A stretch of 17,208 nt of DNA from Synechococcus sp. (GTDB lineage: Bacteria; Cyanobacteriota; Cyanobacteriia; Thermostichales; PCC-7336): contig JBFRWD010000052.1 in assembly GCA_051439425.1 (NCBI GenBank), forward strand, positions 1 to 17,208. Reading direction: 5' to 3'. The stretch's first letter is position 1. The number at the start of each line of letters is the position of its first letter. The notes under the pieces are model-generated. The model did no database searches, was not told the DNA's origin, and worked only from the letters and a program-made list of their open reading frames with translations. Below, in pieces: positions 1-8,411 of this stretch. The position numbers and the translations under genes were made by a program.

Positions 1-1123
1 TGTTTGAATGTCAGACCTACTGGCCCCAGCGAAAGCTTTGGTAAGCAGCCTGTTGGCCGTGATGCCAAGCCACTATCAGCGAGACAGTCTGCAAGCTCTG
101 TTAGGACTGTTCCTGAAAGCATAAGGAACTCCGTATCCGGAGCACAGTCAGCTCAAATCCTCCTCAGCCATGAGTCGATTCCTCAATTGTTACTCCTGGC
201 CCACCCGGCAAGTGATTTGGTTGATGCGTCGCCGAGTAGTGAACCATCTTTTGGCTCAGCGTCCAAAAGGCAGACGCCCCCACCTGCAAGTGATTGTGGA
301 TTTGACCTGTCTGCCAAAGCGAGGCAAGTTCAAGCAGCTGGGGAGTTTGATTCGAGTGTTTAAGCGAAAGCGGGGCTTACATCTGCTGGTGTTGGACCTG
401 GTGGTCGGTTCCTGGCGATTGCCTTGGAATTGGCGCATCTATCGAGGCAAAGGAGAGCTGACTCAGGTGCAATTGGCCCTGCGGATGATTCGAACGTTGC
501 CCCGTCGTCTACGCCAGCATTATCAGCTCATCATCCTGGCCGATAGTACCTTCGGCAGTAGCGAATTTTTGCATCAGATTCGTCGATTGAACTTTCATGC
601 GGTTGTGGGGACAACCAAACGTCGCACACTTGCAGAGGGATGCCGGATTACCCAGCTTCGGCAGCCTGAACAGCAGCATTACCTCAATGGCATGAAAGTT
701 CCGGTCTATGTCGCTTGGTATTGGCTCAAGCGGGATGACGGTACTCGGGTCAAACGCTTTGTGCTCTCCACTCGGCGACTTAAACAAGGCGCTATCTACT
801 TCTGGGGACGGAGACGCTGGCAGATTGAGGGGTGGTTCAAAACCGCTAAACATCGCTTTGGACTCCATCGATTCGGCCAATCCACACTCCGAGGAGTTTA
901 TCGTTATCTACTTGTCTGCATGATTGCCTTTGTCTTGGCTCACTGGGCCTCACTATTGGCAAGCTCGCCAGCCACATTGGATTGGGGGCACGCAGCTCGG
1001 GATGCCTTTGAGATTTTCCTGCCTCTGGTCGCTCTTGCACAACTCTTGTTTGAGCTGGAACGCCTTCGGCCACTCGCACTCAACCATGGCATTTCACTTC
1101 AAGCTTTTGGTGCAAGATCTGAG
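1..1123 (+). mobile_element. Insertion sequence, right part only; left end lies outside the window
   Basis: Transposase plus TGCAAGATCTGAG at 1111-1123. From recall of related cyanobacterial elements, this is the right end and overlaps a CKI* C-terminus. The left inverted repeat cannot be seen, so the boundary is unconfirmed. Confidence 0.6.
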
Positions 1124-1141
1124 TTATGCCTACCGCATTGA
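8..1141 (+). pseudogene. DDE transposase (IS4/IS701-like), disrupted by in-frame TAA at 122-124 and a probable frameshift near 1105-1110
   Basis: ATG at 8 is in frame with ORF 170..1141 and reads MSDLLAPAKALVSSLLAVMPSHYQRDSLQALLGLFLKA*GTPYPEHSQLKSSSAMSRFLN. DDE-type motifs VIVDLT, ILADSTFGS and RRWQIEGWFKTAK are present. Confidence 0.85.
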
Positions 1142-1234
1142 AGTTCGATGTTACGGCAAACCACTCTGGACGCGGAATACCGATCGCTATCCTGACATTT
1201 GGAGGACTATCACTTGCCGACCTCGTAAGCTCGG

Positions 1235-1519
1235 TTAGTAATTAATTGGGCGATCCTCAGCTCGAACATGGCGCATCAAATCGTCCAGACTGTTTGTAGA
1301 GTAGCCGAAGCTGTAGCTCGATTTTTTTATGGAGAATTCGAACAGGCCATCCACAAAGTCAAAAACAGCGACGTTGTCGTACTGGCCGCAAATTGCCTCT
1401 GCCCAAACCTGCCCGCTTTTTTCTGTGATGGTGAGCAAGTTCTCATAGATTCCGGGTAAATCGCTGTAGCTTTTGACGCGGCCTAGTTTGTGCGTTGACA
1501 CTCCTGGTTCGCTTTTCAT
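1235..1519 (-). CDS. Hypothetical protein, possibly the 3' remnant of a longer decayed gene
   Basis: 94-aa ORF with globular-looking composition. The same frame continues upstream through two TAG codons (1532-1534, 1643-1645). Confidence 0.4.
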   Translation of the reverse strand: MKSEPGVSTHKLGRVKSYSDLPGIYENLLTITEKSGQVWAEAICGQYDNVAVFDFVDGLFEFSIKKSSYSFGYSTNSLDDLMRHVRAEDRPINY

Positions 1520-1958
1520 GCTTCCACACCACTATTCGGTCACTGTGAGCAATATTGCTTCGCCAAAGGAATCCGGCAACAAGACTCCGCCATCGAGATC
1601 GGATAGCTCCACCCCTGTTCCAGCTTTGTCAACGCCGAGCAGCTACAGCGAAAGTTTGGCCACCGGATCGCCTTTGGATTCACATCTCACAGAATCAATA
1701 GTATTTGGATTTTTTGGGGTTAGACACTCCTGCCGTTAGTGACCATTGATTTGCTCCGAAAGCGAAGGTCCCATATTGAGAGAGGACGTATCAGGGCATT
1801 ACGATCGCCTGCAATTGCGCAGTATCTGCCACACTATTCGACGTCTTTATTCCAACCGTTAAATTTCCAGATTTCGGCAATATTTGAATGAAACCTTGCT
1901 CAATCAACCCCCAAATCAAATCCGTCGAGTAAGGTGATGGCAGTGATGGAAACGTGTA

Positions 1959-2738
1959 TTGGCTGCATCGCTTGCAGAAGAGGCGATCGCCCTTCTGATT
2001 GACCTAGCCGAACGTGGAGAAATCGATCCGTGGGATGTGCAAGTCATCGACGTGATTGATCGATTTTTGGCGAAATTAGCTCCGACAGCCACGACCCGAG
2101 ATTTATCCGAATCTGGCCAAGCATTCTTATACGCCTCCATGCTGGTGTACCTAAAAGCGCTGGCCATGGCTGAAGCCGAGCTGGAAGATGACGATGAATT
2201 TGAAGACGCCCCCTTCGAAGGGGAGCTGGAACCACTGCCCAGCATCCCGCTAGAGCATACGTTAAGGGCTCGTCCCGTTGCCCGAATTCAGCGCACTCGC
2301 CCCGTCACGCTAAAAGAAATCATTGCCCAGTTTCAGGTGCTGGAACAGGCGGTACAGGAGCGCGCGGCCCGACCGAAAAAGATTCGTCCAAAGGCGGTTA
2401 AAGGGGAACGCATCACCAGCATTGCTCAGCTATCTCACCCAGAAAATCTTGCCGAGACCGTCTCGTTAATCGAGCCCATTCTCTCGGATGCTTGGCAGAC
2501 ATCCTCTTGCCTGACGTTCGAAGCATTGGTAGCCCTGCAGCAAGAACTCTATCCGGGTAAAGCAAGCCTAGCGACGGTGTTTTGGGCCCTGTTGATGATG
2601 GCATCGCGATCGCAAGTGCGCCTGCATCAAGAAGAGTTCTATCGCGACTTGTCCGTGAGCCAAGTCTTCCAAGTTGACCCCCCAGAAACGGAACCCATTA
2701 CGCCGGAACCCATTACGCCGGAACGTCAAACGGCTTAG
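1959..2738 (+). CDS. scpA: Segregation and condensation protein A (SMC kleisin)
   Basis: N-terminal AIALLIDLAERGEIDPWDVQVIDVIDRFL, SGQAFLYASMLVYLKA, RPVTLKEII, and C-terminal winged-helix VFWALLMMASRSQVRLHQEEFYRDL. TTG start. Confidence 0.93.
   Translation: MAASLAEEAIALLIDLAERGEIDPWDVQVIDVIDRFLAKLAPTATTRDLSESGQAFLYASMLVYLKALAMAEAELEDDDEFEDAPFEGELEPLPSIPLEHTLRARPVARIQRTRPVTLKEIIAQFQVLEQAVQERAARPKKIRPKAVKGERITSIAQLSHPENLAETVSLIEPILSDAWQTSSCLTFEALVALQQELYPGKASLATVFWALLMMASRSQVRLHQEEFYRDLSVSQVFQVDPPETEPITPEPITPERQTA
2691..2724 (+). repeat. 15-bp tandem duplication GAACCCATTACGCCG x2 plus GAAC (EPITP repeat) in the scpA tail
   Basis: Exact copies at 2691-2705 and 2706-2720. Confidence 0.9.
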
Positions 2739-2826
2739 TACTGATTTTTGGGGGATTGTGGGGTTCTGAAATGCCTCTGGGAACACTCATGATTGGATTA
2801 GTCATCTTCGAGGTTCGAGCCTCCTT

Positions 2827-3183
2827 ATGAGGGAACCCAAAAAAGCTGCCCAACGAGATCTGGAACGGTGCTTACTGACATGGTTGGCGCTGGAAGGACT
2901 CTGCTTCGCGGCAATGCCGCTGCTCCAGGTGTATCCGTTTGAAGTCGTTGAATTTTGGTTCTTCCCCAGCCTCGCGTTTGGACTGATCGGATCGTTCATT
3001 ATTTCGTTTTCGTCTGGGGCCGTTGTTGAAGCCCAAAACACATTAGATCCGCGTAAGAAACGTCGCCGTTTTTGGTTAGCTCGCAGTTTAGGTATGACAG
3101 GTTTCTTGGGGGTGTCGTTTCCCCTGACCCTGACCCTGATCTCGTTTGGCAATGTGCTGAAAGAGTTTGGCGATACCCTTTAG
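2827..3183 (+). CDS. Hypothetical membrane protein (about 3 TM helices)
   Basis: Three hydrophobic stretches (LLTWLALEGLCFAAMPLL, FWFFPSLAFGLIGSFIISF, LGMTGFLGVSFPLTLTLISF) with a basic RKKRRR loop. Confidence 0.75.
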   Translation: MREPKKAAQRDLERCLLTWLALEGLCFAAMPLLQVYPFEVVEFWFFPSLAFGLIGSFIISFSSGAVVEAQNTLDPRKKRRRFWLARSLGMTGFLGVSFPLTLTLISFGNVLKEFGDTL

Positions 3184-3237
3184 GTTCGGCTGAATACCCG
3201 ATCGCCCGATCGCATTCGGTTCGCCACCCAGCAGATG

Positions 3238-3390
3238 TATAGCAATTCTCTGTAAGGTCTAAAGTCAGAACAGCTCAAGCCCTCGACCTACATAGAAAAA
3301 TGGCTAGAGGTTTCTCCATAGCTGATTGCAGAAAGCCGTACAAGGCAAATTGATTGGAGAGTTCTCCGTAGCGGATTGCCTAGCGCTATA
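3238..3390. repeat. MITE-like dispersed repeat, copy 1 (3238-3340), plus a degenerate extra right-end module (3347-3390)
   Basis: About 80% identical by hand alignment to 8412-8516. Begins TATAGC; the extra module ends GCTATA. Confidence 0.8.
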
Positions 3391-3459
3391 TCGACCTGAT
3401 CTCTCTGTCTCCCATCAACGGGAAGACGCCTAATTTCTACAACCCCCTTTTCGGTAACG

Positions 3460-6400
3460 TCACTGTTGAAATAAGGCCTTGAAGCTATTCGCGCTATCGG
3501 GGTCGCTTAAGTGTGATGCCAGCTCTTGAATAAACGCGTCTCGATCGCCCGATGCTGAATGCTTGTTGAGAGCTTGTTGGATTGTGAATGCGGCAATAGG
3601 GCCGATCTGTTTGGCCATTTCTATTTGGCACTGTTCGAGAAAATCGGTGTCATGAACCCATGCTCCAGAGGTATTGGTAGGAGCTGCCGATGTCCACGCG
3701 ACTGTTTGGGGACGAGAAAAATAGGTTGTTGTTGATGCATTGCGATCGGCTTGCGACGCTCGATCTCCCTGAGCTTGAGAGCACACTCCATTGGCAAACT
3801 TGCGAAAAGAGGATTGTTCATTCGGGGGCAGCCATCCCAATAACGTCTCGATAAATTCCTGCTGAGACTGCGCGGATTTCAAAGCATTCCTAATCGTTAC
3901 GCCTGCCATCGGCCCCAGAGACTCCGATAACGTCTGACTAAGCTGTTCAATCTGTTGTGGGGAAAGCATCACACCAACAGAACCGGTAGAACTACCTGCC
4001 ATGGTTGGCCGCGAGCCTGTATTGCTCGAAGTGGGTTGGAATTGCGGTGTTGGTGGTGATTTCTCGACGTCAGCTGACTCGCTCCCAACGGTGTTAATTG
4101 GTCTTAAGTCTGAAGTAGGAGATTGAGAGGAAGGGCCAGTGGACATGAATGGCTGGGAGGTCGAGCCCGAATCTGTAAACTCGGTCCCCGGTTGAAAGCG
4201 CGATCCTGTCTCAGCTCGTTGGGTCGAGTCAGCATTGATATATCGCGTTTCGTCGATTGTGGATTCCCCCCCTTGGTTGGGGGCGGATGAGAAGCTTGGA
4301 GTGGAAGATATCGCGTCTGAATTGGTGAAACGAGCATCCGAACCAGTTTGAAAGGAGTCGGATACCGCCTGGGGTTGAACAGATGGACTGGAGGGCTTGC
4401 GACCGCCAAACAGTCGGTTAAAGAAGTTACCTCCAGACGGTTGCTGGGCTGATTGGGCGGTAGCAGAATCGGGGCGAAATTCTTCTGCTCCTCCGCCCTT
4501 CTCCGTCCTCAACCCGCCCCCTGTGGTCAAATTTCTGTGAGTAGTGGGGACAGCTGACGAAGGATCGTACTGCAGAGGGTCGGTAACAAACCCCCTTTCC
4601 CTAAACTGCATGAATTGTCTGACCGCTTGCAGCGCTTCACCAGCGTGCGCGAATCTGCACTCTGGATCGATGTGGGTCATCGAATTGAGTAAGTTCGCCA
4701 TCTCCTCGCTCACCTGCACGCTGTCTTGACGGATGAGTCGTCCCGTTTTCCCTTCTGCAGAGAAGACCTGCACGGGAGCTATGCCTGTAACGGCTCGTAG
4801 GGCGATCGCTCCAACCGAAAAAATATCGCTTGCTTGCAGCGGATATCCCGATGATTGCTCTGGGGCCATAAACCCAGGAGAACCGACGATCGTGCCCTGT
4901 CGACGGAAGTCAGCTCCAGTTTGGGTCGCCATCGCAATGACTTCTTTCACTGCCCCAAAATCAATCAAAACGATCTTGCCGTCCGATTTACGGCGCATGA
5001 GATTGGACGGCTTGATATCTCGGTGAATGATGCTTTTGCGATGGACGATCTCCAATCCTTCAAGGATGGTTTGCAATAGCTCTAAGGTCTCAAATTCGCT
5101 GAGTCGGCCCCGGTATCGAAGTTCCTTTTCTAACTCCTCTCCATCAATAAATTCTTGAACTAGATAGAATTCTCCTCCCTCTTCAAATCGAGCATAGAAC
5201 GTCGGAATGCGATCGGTACTGGAGCCCAATTCGAACAAAATTTGTGCTTCTAATTCAAACCATTCCCTTGCTTTAGCCAAATCCACTTTCGGATTCATGG
5301 GTTTGAGCTGCTTGATGGCGCATTTCGGCTGTCCGGGCAAATCCAACGCTTTGGCCACGTAAGTTACTGAAAATCCTCCGCTGCTGAGGCTGCCGAGAAC
5401 TTCGTAGGAGCCACCCAGAATCGTGCTTGGTTGGGGTACGACTGGTATGGAAGATGCCTCGCGTTCGGAGAGAACAACCGTTGTAGCGGGCTCCAAAAAC
5501 GGTTGGGATACGCCTAAAGCGGTGGCGTCATTTTGCTCCCAACTGTTGTCTTGCCACAATAGTGGGGTTGTAGAGGAGTCGTGGGCGATCGCGGGCAGCC
5601 ACGAAACATAGGGAAGTTCTTCGCTATTGTCCTCCAGCAGCAGGCGAGCTTGGCGCAGTGCAAGATACAGTGGCTTACCACTGGTGAACGCCTGCAAGAA
5701 GTATGTCAGAAACCGTTGTGCCACCACATTCGGCACGGGCTCTCGCATGACAATCGAAAGAGGAAAATGGACATCCTCAAGTTCGGCTGCCAGCCCTAGT
5801 CCATCGCAGGAGTTAAACATTCCTAGCTGCAAACCGCCATCTCGAACGGCGATTTTCAACGCGCTTTTGAGCTGTGAAATTTCAATCGGGCCTTGGGAAT
5901 TGAGATACAGAACTCCCGTACTTCCATCTGGGTTACTTGCGCTATGGCCACCAAAATAGAAACTGTCCCAGTGCGAATTGGTCAGTGCGGCCCGTAACTC
6001 TTGCAGGCTGGGTTGGTAGAGGAACTCGGCTTCGACATTGGGCAAGGCTTGAATGGTTTGCCGATCGCGATCCAGATCCAATCCCCCCTCGTATCCAAGC
6101 ACTGCTAGCAGTTTTAGATGACGGCTACCACCTGTCGGAAGCAGGGCGTTACCGTAGTTATCGTGGCGGGTGTCTCCGATCGATAGCTCTGCCTGGTCAA
6201 AGCGACTGAGGAGGCTCCAAGCATGCCAGGGCAACCGACGGACGTTTGGATCGTCGCTCTCAATTGCGATGCGTATTTCGCGGTCTTCTAAGTTGAAGCG
6301 ATCGCTGAGCCAATTTTCAATCCCGTCGCGAAACGAGGGCTGGCTACTTAACCAATGATTGAAGGCAGAGACTAAATCGTCGGAACAAACTGTCAAGTTC

Positions 6401-6696
6401 TTCTTGCAGGCTTGTAGCTCGATTAGTTCTTTTCCCTGCAACTGCCCCAGCACATCAGCCGGATTGCAGCCATCTCTAAAGTTGAGATGTTGGTAAAAGC
6501 GCTTATATGCCTTTCTCCAAAGTTCGTAGCGATCGAGAATCTGCGGATCGGGTACCAGGCGAGCATTTGAAGTACGGTGAGAATGACGGCCAAGCTCCCA
6601 CAATTCAACAAATACCCGACTAGACTCTTCCTTAAAAAAGTCTTCAGAGGCAAACACGACTCTAGCAACTTTGACTCGGGTATTCATATCTCCCAC
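3460..6696 (-). CDS. CHAT (caspase-like) domain / Ser-Thr protein kinase fusion with two C-terminal helical repeats
   Basis: CHAT: RRLPWHAW, FYFGGH(251)S, MFNSC(297)DG, IVMREPV. Hanks-type kinase: SSGGFSVTY, CAIKQL, HRDIKPSN, DFG, GSPGFMAPEQ, SDIFSVG. Then an S/T/P/G-rich linker and two (L/I)GP(M/I)A repeats. Alternative ATG start at 6687. Confidence 0.92.
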   Translation of the reverse strand: MGDMNTRVKVARVVFASEDFFKEESSRVFVELWELGRHSHRTSNARLVPDPQILDRYELWRKAYKRFYQHLNFRDGCNPADVLGQLQGKELIELQACKKNLTVCSDDLVSAFNHWLSSQPSFRDGIENWLSDRFNLEDREIRIAIESDDPNVRRLPWHAWSLLSRFDQAELSIGDTRHDNYGNALLPTGGSRHLKLLAVLGYEGGLDLDRDRQTIQALPNVEAEFLYQPSLQELRAALTNSHWDSFYFGGHSASNPDGSTGVLYLNSQGPIEISQLKSALKIAVRDGGLQLGMFNSCDGLGLAAELEDVHFPLSIVMREPVPNVVAQRFLTYFLQAFTSGKPLYLALRQARLLLEDNSEELPYVSWLPAIAHDSSTTPLLWQDNSWEQNDATALGVSQPFLEPATTVVLSEREASSIPVVPQPSTILGGSYEVLGSLSSGGFSVTYVAKALDLPGQPKCAIKQLKPMNPKVDLAKAREWFELEAQILFELGSSTDRIPTFYARFEEGGEFYLVQEFIDGEELEKELRYRGRLSEFETLELLQTILEGLEIVHRKSIIHRDIKPSNLMRRKSDGKIVLIDFGAVKEVIAMATQTGADFRRQGTIVGSPGFMAPEQSSGYPLQASDIFSVGAIALRAVTGIAPVQVFSAEGKTGRLIRQDSVQVSEEMANLLNSMTHIDPECRFAHAGEALQAVRQFMQFRERGFVTDPLQYDPSSAVPTTHRNLTTGGGLRTEKGGGAEEFRPDSATAQSAQQPSGGNFFNRLFGGRKPSSPSVQPQAVSDSFQTGSDARFTNSDAISSTPSFSSAPNQGGESTIDETRYINADSTQRAETGSRFQPGTEFTDSGSTSQPFMSTGPSSQSPTSDLRPINTVGSESADVEKSPPTPQFQPTSSNTGSRPTMAGSSTGSVGVMLSPQQIEQLSQTLSESLGPMAGVTIRNALKSAQSQQEFIETLLGWLPPNEQSSFRKFANGVCSQAQGDRASQADRNASTTTYFSRPQTVAWTSAAPTNTSGAWVHDTDFLEQCQIEMAKQIGPIAAFTIQQALNKHSASGDRDAFIQELASHLSDPDSANSFKALFQQ

Positions 6697-6971
6697 ACAC
6701 CAAATAACTAATAATGTAGAGAGGTCACATCAACAATTCATGGATGTATTGATGTGTTGATAATGAGCACCCAGAAGCCAATGAAAATAGGCTCAGCAGC
6801 ATAGTATGGTCAGACCTCAAAACCAGCCAAGCGAATGCACAGAGTTTTACCAATATAACGTGTTCGATTTAAGCATGGAGCCGCAGACTGTGGTACATTC
6901 GAGCCCTCTCTTCTACTGGGTGTAATTTGGCTTCCTGCGCTAGTCAACCTTAGACGTTACAAACGCTTCAA

Positions 6972-7166
6972 CTACGACTTTTTGCCTAAGGACTCTTTCG
7001 CAACAGAAATCGTATCAGCGATCAGAATACGCGCTTTGCTGATGTATTGGCTGCCCGAGTTAACCGCCAGCCCACCCATACGCGTGGCGCTATCTCGCAC
7101 GCGCATAGCGAACCCTTGGGAGAGGCTCAAAGCCTTTCTGCCTACTCCGGTAACATAGCGTTCCAC
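6972..7166 (-). CDS. Possible small basic hypothetical protein
   Basis: 64-aa GTG-start ORF, co-oriented with its neighbours, in a 650-bp gap. No recognisable motif. Confidence 0.3.
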   Translation of the reverse strand: MERYVTGVGRKALSLSQGFAMRVRDSATRMGGLAVNSGSQYISKARILIADTISVAKESLGKKS

Positions 7167-7353
7167 GATAAACCCACCAGCTCGTCACGACTGTCATGCA
7201 AATGCCATCAGCATACCGATCAACAGCTTGAGCGGTCTACAACCAACTCAGCTCGCGCCAGTAATTTCAGCAAATTACAGACCAATACCTCCAATCTACC
7301 GAACCCAACAGAGCTGAGGTGAAACCGTTACGATCGCTGTAGTAGATGTAACG

Positions 7354-8097
7354 CTATCCAGCAATCAGTACTCCAGGGGTACTCTGCTGCGGCACGACAT
7401 CGAGCGTATCGAGAGCGGCACAACAGGCGAGATCGGCATCTTGCCCCAATCGTAGCAATCGCTGGCCGTGACTGGCGCTGCGCATCAATCCCAGCAAATT
7501 GTCTTGCCATTGATGATAAAGAGCCATGGCGGCTATCGCCTCGTCATTCATTTCCTTAAACGAGGAAGACTGTTCTTTTAAGGCTAAAGCGATTGCCCCG
7601 GCGCATACCGAATCTTCTAGGGCATAGGCCCCTTGCCATCCTGAATTCACAATCCAGATGTGCCCAAAATTGCGATCGAGTACGTGGCTGACAACAGAGG
7701 AAACGTTAACCAAAGCCGCCGTTAACACGGTAGGAGCCGATTTAACACAACTGAGTGCGCGAGTGCCGTTGGTCGTGCTCATAAAGATACGCTTGCCAGT
7801 CACCCTTTCCGCAACATAGTCCAACGGAGAATTGCCCAAATCATACCCATCCACCATCTTTCCGCCCCGTTCGCCCGAGCGGATTCTGCGATCGTCCGGC
7901 CATTCTGAGGCAGCAGCGTCTAGATCGGCCAGATCTTCGTAGGTCTGGACAGCTTCTGCACCCGCATGCAGGGCTGTAGCAATCGTCGTTGTGGCTCGCA
8001 ACACATCAATGACAATGGCACAATCGGGTGATTGGTCAGAGGCGATCGCGCTCAGGTCAGGGACTTCTTCGGGGGCGTGAAATACTGACAGTTGCAT
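7354..8097 (-). CDS. comB: 2-phosphosulfolactate phosphatase family protein
   Basis: Motifs VIDVLRATTTI, GERGG, GNSP, MSTTNGT, LEDSVCAG and ASHGQRL. ATG at 8097 preferred over GTG at 8103. Confidence 0.93.
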   Translation of the reverse strand: MQLSVFHAPEEVPDLSAIASDQSPDCAIVIDVLRATTTIATALHAGAEAVQTYEDLADLDAAASEWPDDRRIRSGERGGKMVDGYDLGNSPLDYVAERVTGKRIFMSTTNGTRALSCVKSAPTVLTAALVNVSSVVSHVLDRNFGHIWIVNSGWQGAYALEDSVCAGAIALALKEQSSSFKEMNDEAIAAMALYHQWQDNLLGLMRSASHGQRLLRLGQDADLACCAALDTLDVVPQQSTPGVLIAG

Positions 8098-8352
8098 GCG
8101 CACAATTGCGGAATCAAAATACTTGTTCGATCATGCCTTATTGCGGTCAGATTATTACGATGAAAATCGAATTCGCTACCTGAATGCGAGCTTAAACGGC
8201 GCTGAGAATTTTCTTCAGAGGTATTCACAGGATTGATTCTTCGGAATAGGGGCAGGCCTAATATTCTGCGAGTTAACTTGAACGTAGAGAGAGTCATCGT
8301 TTCTCTCTTTGTCGAACAACCCTTCAATCAGGTTGACTCCAAATCAGATGCG

Positions 8353-8388
8353 CCCGGCATTTAGGATGTTTCTTGATGCCGGGTTTTT
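8353..8388 (+). terminator. Intrinsic terminator-like hairpin on the + strand
   Basis: CCCGGCAT (8353-8360) pairs with ATGCCGGG (8376-8383) and is followed directly by TTTTT. Confidence 0.6.
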
Positions 8389-8411
8389 GTGGATGGGGTG
8401 CCCAGAGGAAC

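Noticed and set aside
4..363. 119-aa ORF as a programmed-frameshift partner of the transposase
   Set aside because: The transposase-like N-terminus is in the same frame as ORF 170..1141 and is broken by a stop, so no frameshift is needed.
1959..2738. scpA without adjacent scpB/smc as an anomaly
   Set aside because: These genes are commonly unlinked in cyanobacteria.
3621..6668. Short ORFs overlapping the CHAT-kinase gene
   Set aside because: Fully nested in a motif-supported CDS, with no motifs of their own.
7354..8097. comB as evidence of coenzyme M biosynthesis or competence
   Set aside because: Stand-alone ComB-family phosphatases are widespread in cyanobacteria, no other com genes are present, and the name is unrelated to competence ComB.
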